Shown here: piece after piece, positions 36,109-48,211 of the stretch
Layout of the letters: each line of letters begins with the position of its first letter
Position numbering within the stretch: the first letter of the stretch is position 1
NCBI RefSeq assembly: GCF_001194135.2
Contig: NC_068995.1
Location: 22,889,596-22,937,806 of the forward strand
DNA: 48,211 nt
Reading direction: 5' to 3'
DNA from: Octopus bimaculoides
Lineage: Eukaryota
The notes under the pieces: model-generated
The model's input: only the letters and a program-made list of their open reading frames with translations
Databases searched by the model: none
What the model was told of the DNA's origin: nothing
Made by a program: the position numbers and the translations under genes

Positions 36109-36639
36109 GTTAAATAAAGTCTATTTCGCTCGGTTTTAATATTGTATGCTTTTAGTGACCGTCGGTTTAAACCGTACCTTTCTAATTTGACCGTACTTTG
36201 CCAAGTAATTTGTTCACTTTGACGCGGTATCCAAAACTAGACACTTATTTTGTTCCATCTTTGTAATTAAATAAACACAGATATAGCGAAAAAAGAACAT
36301 TTCATCGCATATAACTCGGATCTAGACACTAATGAACCATTTTGTAACATATTGTGTTATAGTTTGATTTTAACATAATAGCTCAAAAGATTCATTTTCA
36401 AAGGACTAACGTGTTTAAAGTGATTATTAAATGAACTAGTGAGGGTGACTTAGTAAGTATTTTCTCAGTTATGGTGAATACAATTAGATACTAGCATACA
36501 GCCAGGTTAGGGGTAGTATATTAAGTAAACTTAAGTAAACTTAAGTGTATAAGAGTTAAATATGTTGTGTTATCAGAAGGAACAGTCAAAATGTTGTCCA
36601 CGAAGACATCAGATATAAATCTTATATGATAGGGAACGG

Positions 36640-37194
36640 TCATTTTGTAAGAAAAATATGCAAAAGGGTTGTCAACAATGAAGGATATGTGATGCCTGCT
36701 TACTTCTTTCCACAAGGCCTTAGCGTTAATACTGCCGCCTACATTGAGGTCCTGGAAATAAGTGTTAGGACCCGGATAGACAATGTATGCAATGGAAGGC
36801 CAAATGTGTCTCAGTAAGTCCCTGCACTATGACACATGGCTCTAGCAACACGGGAATGGATAGTTGAAAATTTTCATGATCACATGACCCATAACGTTTG
36901 GCCTCCTAGTTCCCCAGATCTCAATTCATTGGACTACTACATGTGGAGCATTGTTGAGAGAGGGTTCAATGAACACGCCCATAACACCAAAGATTCTTTG
37001 AAAGCTGTATTAGTCAGAGTAATGTCCAAAATGAACCAGGACCACTTCATTTGAGCATGTACATGATTTAGTTCTCATACAGAAGATGAAGATGGCTTTA
37101 TTCAATAACATTATTATCCTCATAGCATTTTTTGATATTATGCTATTCTATATGTTTTTTTTTTAATATAAATCTGTCCGCAACTATCTTATGC

Positions 37195-37200
<6 letters not shown>
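36640..37200 (+). mobile_element. maT-like (DD37D-type) transposase 3' fragment with probable TIR
   Basis: VVNNEGYVMPAYFFPQGLSVNTAAYIEVLE and WPPSSPDLNSLDYYMWSIVER (third catalytic residue D); ends ...TATGCACCCTA then (TA)n. Confidence 0.88.
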
Positions 37201-37242
<42 letters not shown>

Positions 37243-37243
<1 letters not shown>

Positions 37244-37380
37244 CGACGGGTTTCTTTCAGTTTCTGTCTTGAAAATCCACTCACGAGGCTTTGGTAGGCT
37301 CCAGGCTGTAGTACAGACATTTGCCCAACGTGTCTCACAGTGGGACTGAACCCGAAACCATATGGTTGGGAAGCAAGCTT
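37243..37380 (-). mobile_element. tRNA-derived SINE, 5' half, abutting (TA)n
   Basis: Homologous to 23289-23443 (TTTCTTTCAGTTTC.GTC..., CAGTGGGACTGAACCCG). Confidence 0.88.
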
Positions 37381-37531
37381 AAGGTGTCTTCTTCGGTGCC
37401 CCGTTTATAGGTTCCTTGATAATTCAAGATGTTTAGTAAGTAACATCAGTAGACGTTCCTTACTAAGCATTGTTCAGATTTAGCAATATTGAATTTACTA
37501 AAGGTACAAAATTATGATTTTCCTTATTTAC

Positions 37532-37698
37532 CATGTCACCACTCTTAACTTCATTACCAATATCTCCGCCTATGCTCATATCATTAGCGATGTCACTGAA
37601 AATAATGTCCCTAGTGTGTAAACATTTCAAATTAGTGTTTGTATGTACTTCGTATTATCATTATAGTGAATTCTTACTTATAGCAGGCTGCCTTATCA
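37532..37698 (-). CDS. Candidate exon pair (37698-37678 and 37595-37532) encoding DKAACYN|DIANDMSIGGDIGNEVKSGDM
   Basis: Acceptors AACATTTTCAG| and ATTATTTTCAG|, donors |GTAAGA and |GTAAAT, 82-nt intron, compatible phases (2/2 then 2/0). No homology recognised. Confidence 0.3.
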
Positions 37699-39826
37699 CT
37701 GAAAATGTTCTCGTTAGCAGAAAGGTTAGATATTTTAATAGATATGTTTTTGAAACAAAATCGTTAATAATAGATTTGTGCTGATTAGAGAGATACATAC
37801 ATGTCTGAAATTATTCAATTACTGAAGTTTGAAAAGTCTGCAAATATAAATATTATCTGCAGGTGAACCTGACTGTTGGTATTATATGTTTCCAGCAATC
37901 GGTGTTCTCGGCATAACAGTGGGCATGAAAAGGATTAAGTTAATACGGTGTTGCTTGCTTCTAATTTATTTTAATATTATGCAAATATGCTTCACATTTT
38001 ATTTTGCATGTAGAAAACAAATTTCACATTTCTTCGTTTTGTGGCACTTTATTAAGTATACAGTTGGACCCAGACTCCTATTACATCAAGGGTGATAATA
38101 TGTCAGTAACTCTACCTTTATTAGGTTTTCATTATGGTCACCTTAAAGTACACAAACAAATTCATCGGCATAGAGTTCTCTAGTTCTTGTAATAAAAGGA
38201 AACTACAAATTAAGAATAAAGTATTGCATATTCAGATTAAATACAAAATTGAAATATGCATTCATAATATTTATGTGTGCTTCTAGGTATGCGCTTAGAA
38301 ATACAAATGCATTGAAGTATTGAGGATTAGATATGATTTTGTAAAAGTAGATAAAATGATTAGAGTTTAAGCAATATATGTGTGATAGAAAATACGTTTT
38401 TAACATTATATTTCCGAAAAAAAAATATTAAGATAGCAGAACAGAATCGATAATATTAATGCAAGATGAGCTATCTTTTTCATTTTCTTCTCTTCGCTGA
38501 AGATTTCATAAACTATATATCATAAATGTCATTGTATTTAAAAATTAATTACTGAACATCTAATATAGTAGACTTGATATTTTTAAAAGTTATCCTATAA
38601 TTTGACATGTTATGGCAATTACAAAATATATTAATTTCCTAAATCTAAGGTAAATGTGAAAATCAGCAACATTAAAAACGAAAAAATCGTTTCTACTTTA
38701 GCGTTGCATTTTTACTGTTTTATTTGAATCTGTAACATAAAATTATTAATGCTCTGTTCATTTTCAGCTTGTATTCTATATTATCTATTATAGAATCCAT
38801 TTCAGTTATTTTAATTATGATAAGTGCATCAATACATAAACGCCAGCGTTAATGTCGTTTGTAGGGCAATAAGGGATTTGATGTCCATGATGTTATTAAG
38901 GAGTTAGGAAGTATCAAGTTTCCCAACTGGCTTGTTGGTTCGGTTCTTACTCCATGATTTCAGTAGAAAATATATTCCCTTTCCCAAAATTGTCTTCAAT
39001 TTAATCTGTTGCACTTTCTTTATTTATGGCCCAAGGGAATGAAAGTTATGCATTATCTAGCATCGTAGATCAAACTGGATTTTATTATAGACATAATATT
39101 CACTAATTTTGTTCAACCAAGAACTAATAAATTATAGAATAGTAAATGATGCAAACTATGTACGTAAACACACGTCATGTCACCTAATACATACCGATGA
39201 TAAGAGTAACGGCAAAGAAGGTATTTCTCATTTATATTAATCTTTTAGAATGGTCTGATATGCGAAAAACAAATAGTTTTGTATTATTGGGAAAACCGAA
39301 ACTATTTAAATGAAAAATAAGCAGCAAAATAACAAAATATTCTTAAAAATATCAATTTTTATGGAGTATGCATAAACATAATTTCGTAATGTAAATAAAG
39401 TAAAAGTGACCAATGCAATGGCATTGTTTATTGTACTACTACATGGAGCTAAGTACATCACATTCAGATTTCTTGCATGCGAAATTTCTTGTGTATTATG
39501 AAGTAACGGTGATTTTCATCGGAAGAAAATTAATGAATATATATCACGCACGCACGCACGCACACACAGACATATAGATACAGAAACACACGCATAGTCA
39601 ATAAATCCATTTAACTGTATTACTTGCTCGTTACCAAAATTTTTCATCACAAACTGTTTTATGTAACCACATTATCGTAAACATTAATGCTATTAAAAAT
39701 CCACATAAGTATTTTTCAGAAGTGGGTTGATGACTTAGATCATATGGATGTTATATAATCTAGTCACGATTGAATTCATCTCATATCAAGGGACGAAACG
39801 AAACAGATTGTAAAGAATAATATATA

Positions 39827-40998
39827 CAGGGGTTGGACAAAATAATGGAAACCCCTTAAAATTTGAATCAAATTTATTTTAATATGGTGTAAAACTGCCT
39901 TTGGTAGTTCTTACAGCTTGAATTCTACGAGGTATGGAATCGTACAAAGTTTTAATGGTTTCCAAAGGAATTTTTGTCCATTCTTCAGCTAAAACAGTCT
40001 CCAGTTCTTGAAGTGATGATGGTGGAGGATATCGACACCTTAACTGCTTTTCTAAAATGCACCATAATGTTCAATAATATTGAGATCTGGGGACTGTGGT
40101 GGCCAGATAAGATGCCCACTTTCATTAGAATGCTCCTCATGCCATTCAGTAACAAATTTAATTGTGTGAATTGGTGCATTATCATCCTGAAAGTTTGTGT
40201 CTCCCTCTGTAAATAGTTCTGCAACCATAGGATGAATTTGATCAGATAAATGCTTAAATAGTCTTGGCTATTAATTCTGCCATAAGGAAAACCATTGGGC
40301 CGACGGATTTCCAAGATATAGCCCCCTACACCACCCCCAGATCAGCACATATCCTCCTCCATTTCTAAAAGTTGGAAGAAGGCAGTCTGGGTCAAATGCA
40401 TCTTTTGGATGTCTCCACACGTATACTCGGCCGAAATAAGTGGTCGGAAATAAGTTAAAGGATGACTCGTCCGAGATAATAGTTTTCTTCCACTGCTCTA
40501 GGGACAAATTCTGTGGGCTTTTACTCCACTCTAAACGCCTTGCAACGTTTGTTTTTTTGAAAATAGTGGTTTTCTGATTGAAGCCCTCCAGTGAAATCCA
40601 GCTCTGTGCAGCTCCCGGCGAACAGTTCTTGCGGAAACTAGGTTCTCGAGGTGGTCGTTAAGCTCTGCAGTAATTTTGGGAGCTGAACTTTTGTGATCCT
40701 TTCTAACAATTCGCGTAAGAGTTTGACAGTTCGACAGTTTTGGTTTTGTTTTGGAGTTTTGTTTCGACGAGGAGGATTTTCCCTCTTTCTCAAAGGCTGT
40801 CATAACTTTCGAGATAGTACTTCCTGATACACCAAACATTTCTGCTATTTTCGTTACGCTAGCGCCTGCCATATGAGCCCCAATTTGAGCTCTTTGAAAG
40901 TCCGATAGATCTGTCATTTTAATGAATTTTAATTAACTTTTTCCTCTGATATTTGAAAAGAAACAGCAATTTTATCGAAACATATTAAGCAACACTAA
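39827..40998 (-). mobile_element. Tc1-like (DD34E-type) transposon, decayed
   Basis: TA|CAGGGGTTGGACAAAATAATGGAAAC TIR; MTDLSDFQRAQI..AGASVTKIAEMFGVS (HTH), ISDESSF, GGGYVLIWG, WPPQSPDLNIIEH; frameshifts and an internal deletion. Confidence 0.93.
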
Positions 40999-42099
40999 TA
41001 TATATATACGCGCACACAAAATCTGTGTATATAAAATTATCTTCTTAATGATCGACAATATTTTTTTAGCTCTATTTACAAGATATTTCATCACATAACT
41101 ATAATCAATAGTGCTCACTTTTGTGACATAAATATGTCTCATTACAATTCTGCATATATTATTGATATATATCCTGTTCATTCGTGCTCTCCGTACCCTA
41201 CAGAAAACGTATACACCTTTATTTCTATTTGTCTAATGCCCGAACCTATACTTTCAATGAAACCTGTGTAGCGTGGAAGACACATATTAAAAAAGACACA
41301 AAATACACAAAAGATAACTTCCCATTTACCACCAAATCATACGTGTTTAAATGACCTTTGTGTATTTTTGAATGGCCGGTGTGTGTCCTGCACGCTGCAA
41401 TCGTTTCCGTTTCAACATATGGTCGTACATCAAATCACTTGCCTGTTAAATACACCTTCGAAATATATTTTGACTGTGGGCAGCAAAGAGGAGAAGGAAT
41501 AGTTTCTACTTTAGTTTATTTCCATTTCATTTTTTGTATTATTTATAAGTAATTCTTTCATCATAATCCTAAACATGCTGCCTATTCTCTTCCTTTTCTC
41601 TACCTCTTAGTTTTACTGAGATGAATCAGCTCACCCACTCTCTGCTAGAATAAAGGCTTACATCTTCATATACCATAAACTTTACAACTAATCAACTTTA
41701 GAATAACAGCATTCACCGGTAACCACAAAGACAAATTTCCTGGATTTTCAAAACTCTACCTACTGAACAAGTTTCAAAAGTGTTTCAGATGCTTAAGTTT
41801 CAACGCATATGTTATCTGCATTGTCATTAAACATATAATATTCACAATGGCTAACTTACCATGAATATATAAGTAGATGAAGTGTTGCAACAAATATCAT
41901 TATTTTTATCGGGTTTTATGATTAGCTCTTTATTTTAAATGTTTTATAGAACCTTTCGACAGAGAATTTCACGTGAACGAGCTTATAACATGTTATTCTG
42001 AACAACACTTAATGTGAATAATCGGACAGAAATACTCAAATGTACAGTTCCTATTTACACTTTATCATTCAAGTTATCATTGACCAATTTCCAAAGACT

Positions 42100-42790
42100 A
42101 CCTTGTATATTAAAGCATGCAACCAGCGACAGACATCGCGGTCGGTGGCTGGTCCTACACGGCGTTCAATAGCGGGTTACTCGTGAATGAGAGCGTCGAC
42201 GACTTGAGAGAAATTCAAATGTCCGTTCTTTTCTGGAGGACTTTCGGACTAGTGACAATAGATAATATAGTCAATATAGATAATATCCAAACATTATTAG
42301 CATGACAGTATCACCACGTGAGTATTGCTGGCTCGGGATATCATTTATAGGCATGATAATGATATCTGCTGCATCTCCTCTAGGTTCGCGGAGAGCAACA
42401 AAACTGTCCTGCATGTACTCGTAGAGTGCTCAGCATTGGTGACTCGTACAGTTTTGATGAAACAGCTGCTATCACTTGTAGGACGGATCCGGCTATCATT
42501 CATCTGATGTCCATAGCTTTCTATCTATCGGGAAGGATAAACAGTTTCCGTATGTCTGATGTTATTGCAAAAGAAATTGTGTGGTGGACGAGACTGATCT
42601 GAATGAAAGCAAAAACATTTCCTATTTGCCCAAGCCCACATCGATTTTTCAAACTTCTTTTTAAACATAAAGTTGAGCGCCGAGAGAGATATACTACGCC
42701 ACGGTAAATATGTTGAAAGATGGGTGAAGGTTGCAAGAATGGCGCGGGTTGGTGGGCCTACACTAAGCTAGAAGCCGTAGGATAAGGTGA
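42100..42790 (+). mobile_element. L1/Tx1-like LINE 3' fragment (degenerate CCHC region)
   Basis: LARDIIYRH..., SNKTVLHVLVECS, QLLSLVGRIRLS, AKEIVWWTRL resemble Tx1 ORF2 C-termini (C..C...ET..H...C). Confidence 0.6.
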
Positions 42791-42912
42791 AAGACGGAGA
42801 GAAGAGCACATGCTATGGCACTTGTGGTGAGTATGCTGAGTCGCGATCCATGGGGTTCATTGGTTGCTTCGGGAAGTAGGGAGCAAGCTTCTACCACTCA
42901 GCCAGGCCTGTG

Positions 42913-42953
<41 letters not shown>

Positions 42954-43398
42954 NNNNNNNNNNNNNNNNNNNNNNNNNNNNNNNNNNNNNNNNNNNNNNN
43001 NNNNNNNNNNNNNNNNNNNNNNNNNNNNNNNNNNNNNNNNNNNNNNNNNNNNNNNNNNNNNNNNNNNNNNNNNNNNNNNNNNNNNNNNNNNNNNNNNNNN
43101 NNNNNNNNNNNNNNNNNNNNNNNNNNNNNNNNNNNNNNNNNNNNNNNNNNNNNNNNNNNNNNNNNNNNNNNNNNNNNNNNNNNNNNNNNNNNNNNNNNNN
43201 NNNNNNNNNNNNNNNNNNNNNNNNNNNNNNNNNNNNNNNNNNNNNNNNNNNNNNNNNNNNNNNNNNNNNNNNNNNNNNNNNNNNNNNNNNNNNNNNNNNN
43301 NNNNNNNNNNNNNNNNNNNNNNNNNNNNNNNNNNNNNNNNNNNNNNNNNNNNNNNNNNNNATATATATATATATATATACATACATACATATAATTAA

Positions 43399-43788
43399 GG
43401 GTACTAGAAAGCAGTACCGGTATGCTAAATATAGCAGTTAAATGACCAAACCACAAATTTTCACTTAGACACAAAGGTGTAAGTGAGCAAATGAATAATA
43501 ATTTTAAAGCTCCGTACCGACGACGAAAATAATTGAAAATTCAAAAAGCCAGACATACCCGTGTCACCGTAATTTCGAACTTTCAGAAAAACTCTAAGTT
43601 CATCTTCAGCCTGTTTTACTGACCCCAGGGTTAAAGAGATTATTCCTCTGACCACGTTTTAAATACCGCACCAAATTTTTAAAATGTGATCGAAGTAAAT
43701 AAAAATTATTCAAATATATATGAGGATATTATTGTTTATGATATCAGTGTCTGCTATATTTAGCATGCCGTTGCTGCTTGTTAGTACC
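43399..43788. mobile_element. Kolobok-like non-autonomous DNA transposon (TIRs, TTAA TSD)
   Basis: TTAA at 43395-43398 and 43789-43792; termini GG...CC; 36-bp imperfect TIRs at 43402-43437 and 43751-43786. Confidence 0.65.
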
Positions 43789-43869
43789 ATTAATTATTAA
43801 TTGATATTTTTTTTACCGTTATGGTTTTTGTGCGTATGCTAAGCCACTGGTATTATAAACAATAATATC

Positions 43870-44190
43870 CGCATATATATTCAAATAATTTCTATTCTCA
43901 TCGACGACTTATTTAAATTTGGTACGGCATTTAAAATGGTTATCCTATACATTGGTGAGATGGATAATCTCTATAACCCTAGGTCAGTAAGACTCGCTAA
44001 ATGCAAATGAAGATATTTTCTGAAAGTTAGAAATCACGGTGAGATGCTTTTACAATTTTCGATTATTTTCGTCATTGGTTTGTGGATTCTTATACATTTG
44101 CCCGCTTACATCTTTGCGTTTCAATGAATATTTGTGATTTGGTCATTTTGATTGGTACATTTAGTATTCCCGTACAGCTTTTTAATACCG
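43870..44190. mobile_element. Second, inverted and diverged copy of the 43399-43788 family
   Basis: Reverse complement aligns with 43405-43720 (AACTTTCAGAAAA, TTACTGACC..GGGTTA.AGAGATTAT, TTTAAAT.CCG.ACCAAATTT, AAATGACCAAA.CACAAAT). Confidence 0.75.
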
Positions 44191-44266
44191 TTAATTATTA
44201 ATTGATAATTTTTTTACTGTTATGTTTTTTTTTACGTATGCCAAGTCACTGATATTGTAAACAATA

Positions 44267-44363
<97 letters not shown>

Positions 44364-44924
44364 CACGTACATACATATATGAATGCTTGCATGCATACAT
44401 ACATACCTACCTACCTACCTGCATACATAAATGCTACAAAATAGTGCACACTGATAATATCAATTATCTGACATAACTCCGTTAAATATATTCCAGGATT
44501 TCTCTTTCACGGAAAATAAGAAATTTCTCATTAATTCTGCTTGAATCATGAATTAGTTTGTAAATCAATCAATCTATCATCTAAATCGCAATGTTCAACA
44601 CAGACGGAACACGGACAATATTTTTATTTCGTTTCCATTCCAATTAATGGTTAATAGGTTTTAGATATCCTTCTGTCATTTGTGAAGTCTTAGTACATAT
44701 TTATTATAACTCAAGTTTCCAAACGTCCATAATTTGATTAATTGATAATTAGATGGAAGTTTTAGATCAGTCTACGGATTTGATTAATGATTTAAACCTT
44801 CTGCAGCTAGATTTGAATAGCAACAAAATATATTCCTTCATTCGTTATTTGCTTATAACAGAGGTCTGAAACTGCATTAGATTTCACAAAGCGCGATATC
44901 TATGTGTTTGTGAGGGTGAATATC

Positions 44925-44930
44925 TATCTT

Positions 44931-44981
<51 letters not shown>

Positions 44982-45001
44982 GTATGTCTATCTATCTATC
45001 T
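44925..45001. repeat. (TATC)n microsatellite
   Basis: Directly visible. Confidence 0.97.
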
Positions 45002-45102
45002 ACCTTACTAGCTACATACACACATATAATATAAAATATTATATAATATAACGTGTGTGTGTGTGNNNNNNNNNNCATATAATATAAAATATTATATAAT
45101 AT

Positions 45103-45140
<38 letters not shown>

Positions 45141-45141
<1 letters not shown>

Positions 45142-46185
45142 CAGTTTAATCATGCCATGGACAAAAGAAACCGGGGAACAGTCTGAATTTCAAAGAGGCC
45201 ATATTGTGGGTCGATCTGAAGGTGGACGTAACGTAAAAGCGCAGAAAATCTTGAGATCTCGTTTTTTACAGTTAATAGAGCGATTGTGCAATTCACCTCA
45301 ACCAGGTTGAACAGGGCTCTCAAACAGGACCCTTCGTTTGTTAAGAGAAGTGTCGAGGATAATTCTCGATGCAAGGAAACTGCAGATGAAATTTTTGTCA
45401 GTCCAAACCAGTTGTCAAATATTTCCACAAATTTGGCTACAATGGCAGAGGAGCGCGAAGGAAGCTACTTTTTCGACAAGCGGGTAAAAGATAAGGCCGG
45501 TGAGATGGTGGAGAGTCCACTAATATTTTGGAACACTGCTATATTCTCTGATGAGTCCAGATTTGCTGTATTTTCTGAGAGTCTGGGTTTGGAGATTCCG
45601 TGAATTTCATGTTAAAAGATTGTAACCAATATTGGAACACGGCAGTTATTCAGTGCTGGTCTAGGGAGCAATTTGGAGCAATGATCGTTCGTAGCTGTTG
45701 AAGTGTGAGGGAAACATAAACTCAGATAAATATGTGTCCATATTGCAGAACGGATACTTTCCAGTCTTGTCTAGCGGTGAAATGATTAAAGAAGACTCTT
45801 TATTTATGGAAGATGGAGCACTTTGTCACACGGCTAAAAGGACCCAAAACTGATTGGAAGAGAATAGACTTAAAAAAGTTCTATGGCCAAGCCAATCACC
45901 AGATATTAACCCTGTTGAACACCTCTGGCACATAATGCACAGGATTTTTCGAAAAAAGAACAAGATAGTATCCTCAAAGCCAGATCTCTTCAGATTACTA
46001 CATGAAACTTAACAAGAAATACCTCAAGAGAATATTCGTCATCTGATCACTTACCTAATATAGTCCTTGTATTGAAAAATGCAAAAAGCATACCTACTAA
46101 ATATTAAATATTCACCTTATAACAATTAATAAATAATTTGAATGCATAATTTCAAATTTAAATTAATTTACTTCTCTCATTTCTG
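45141..46185 (+). mobile_element. Tc1-like DD34E transposase pseudogene (distinct family)
   Basis: MPWTKETGEQSEFQRGHIVG, IFSDESRF, FMEDGALCHTAK...WPSQSPDINPVEHLW with exactly 34 residues between D and E (one internal stop); ORF end near 46107. Confidence 0.93.
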
Positions 46186-46198
46186 TATATATATACAT

Positions 46199-46265
<67 letters not shown>

Positions 46266-47580
46266 CTAACACACTTCAGATACTCTTTACATCATAACTC
46301 TTTCGTAATTCATGGCTGGCTTTGTAGTTGTTTACTTTTGGAGTGGATTTTTCTGTGGATGTTAACAAGTTCACTCGAATTTATTGATTAGTTCATGTCT
46401 ATAGATAACATTCTAGAAATAATTTAAGTATTTTCTTTAATCTAATTAGTTCTAAAAGAAAATGTTTTTGTGGATTCAGCAGAATTCAATTTTTAATTCT
46501 TTATAAATTATTCTCAGTTAGTCATTGTTGATAATATATTTACTCGTATTAATCGTTTCAAATTGTATTGCTGCTAATTAACATGTTTATAATTGACATT
46601 GATATTTTTAATGTTATAACTGATCTCATTAATAACGTTACCATTACCAAAATGTAACGTCTCTCATAGACATTTTGGAACTGTGAAATATTGCCGCACG
46701 ATATTAACCTAACGTAAAATTATACAATTGAAGAAATTGTACGAGTGTTGTATTCTCTTCAGGGACATTTTCCCAGCAATATCTACAAAACAATTTTAAA
46801 TGCAGCATACGTCATTGTTAAAAAGTTAATCGTCTGATCACAGAGCTTCCGCTTCAGTTCCACGATTCCGTCCAGTATCATAGGGATATGAAAAATATAA
46901 TGAGGATATAGGAACCAGATTTTAATATAAGTTTATTTATTTATTCGATTAAAAGCCTTCAAATTTGTAACACAAACATGTCCACAGTTTAGTAACTGAA
47001 ACATGCAAAATAGCATCATTTTTACAAATAAAGATAAAAATTGAAGCAGTAATTTTAGATCCACTGTGGCAATTATGGAGGATGGGGGCAAAAGTGAGTG
47101 CTGTATTCGTAATTGTGTAACAATCGCGTGATTGGGTGAAGCGTAATTGGTTAACACCATGGATGTCAGGCCTATACATAGTAATATTGGTAATATATAT
47201 TGGACGTTTACTGAATATTTTCTCACAGTATTCCCATTACCTACTGAACATAATAATCTTTATGCACACACTCACACACCCACACACAATCACACACGCA
47301 CACACTCACACACACGCTCGCAAACACACACACACACACACATACACACACACATATATNNNNNNNNNNNNNNNNNNNNNNNNNNNNNNNNNNNNNNNNN
47401 NNNNNNNNNNNNNNNNNNNNNNNNNNNNNNNNNNNNNNNNNNNNNNNNNNNNNNNNNNNNNNNNNNNNNNNNNNNNNNNNNNNNNNNNNNNNNNNNNNNN
47501 NNNNNNNNNNNNNNNNNNNNNNNNNNNNNNNNNNNNNNNNNNNNNNNNNNNNNNNNNNNNNNNNNNNNNNNNNNNNNNNN

Positions 47581-47623
<43 letters not shown>

Positions 47624-47639
47624 GTATGTATATGTTTAG

Positions 47640-47830
47640 GTATCTGTGTTTGTCCCCCAACATCGCTTGACACCGATACTGGTGTCTTTACGCCCCGTAA
47701 CTTAGCTGTTCGGCTACAGAGACCGATAGAATAAGTCCTAGGCATACAAAGAATACGTCCTGAGGAGGATTTCCTCGACTAAAGGCGGTGCCCCAGCATG
47801 GCCGCAGTCAAATGACTGAAACAATCAAAA
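47640..47830 (+). mobile_element. tRNA-derived SINE, 3' half
   Basis: TGTTTGTCCCCCAACATCGCTTGAC...GGCGGTGCCCCAGCATGGCCGCAGTCAAATGACTGAAACA; preceded by (TA)/(TGTA)n. Confidence 0.9.
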
Positions 47831-48211
47831 GAAGAAAAGAACATTCCATACGCACGCATAGGTATATGTATCCCTACATCCATATATATACACTGCAACA
47901 CACGCATATCCTCACACATATACATATATCTACACGTACACACATATCCGTGCATATATGTATATAGGCATATATACATATACATGTACATGCACGAACA
48001 ACTTAATACGTATACACACTCACACATACATGTATGTATATATTTGCGTTTAGACATTTTACCCTCCACCCCTAAGAAGTTAATATAGACCCATGTTGGT
48101 CAAGTAATTCCGATAGGTTAATTCTCCAAAACAGTATTTCCCTTCATGAGGTTTACACAACTTCTGATCGAATTTTTATATATATATGTATATATATATA
48201 TATATATATAT

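Noticed and set aside
37862-37960. Plus-strand VNLTVGYYMFPAIGVLGIT resembling GPCR TM1
   Set aside because: No GN motif, no credible donor and no downstream TM2-7 exons found; it lies within an alternative minus-strand candidate chain.
38406-38483. Signal-peptide-like MKKIAHLALILSILFCYLNIFFSEI* (minus) after a good acceptor
   Set aside because: Stops at 25 aa with no usable donor; it would need a frameshift in the A9 run to splice onward.
45023-45118. Exact 43-bp direct duplication around a 10-N gap
   Set aside because: Typical scaffolding artefact from unmerged overlapping contig ends.
6903-47745. Long ORFs dominated by X, YIYI, HTHT or CVCV in the ORF track
   Set aside because: They are read-through of N gaps and dinucleotide microsatellites.

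Overview
AT-rich, microsatellite-dense eukaryotic DNA from a gapped draft assembly (14 N-gaps, most flanked by TA/CA repeats). The SINE families and repeat landscape look like an octopus (cephalopod) genome; this is an inference from recalled family sequences, not a database hit. No host protein-coding gene can be called with confidence, only a few candidate minus-strand exons. The window is a graveyard of mobile elements: two decayed R4/Dong-clade LINEs, one HERO-clade LINE, an L1/Tx1-like 3' fragment, Penelope-like element (PLE) 3' ends, several Tc1/mariner lineages (DD34E, maT-like, mariner), a Kolobok-like MITE, a Helitron-like fragment and about 15 tRNA-derived SINE pieces. The most interesting signal, not visible in the ORF track, is five minimal type-I hammerhead-ribozyme-like motifs from three unrelated repeat families. 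One family couples a tRNA-like Pol III head, an (AAT)n tract and a hammerhead in the PLE 3' end. A head-to-head pair of these units is nested in an R4 LINE with a 12-bp target-site duplication.
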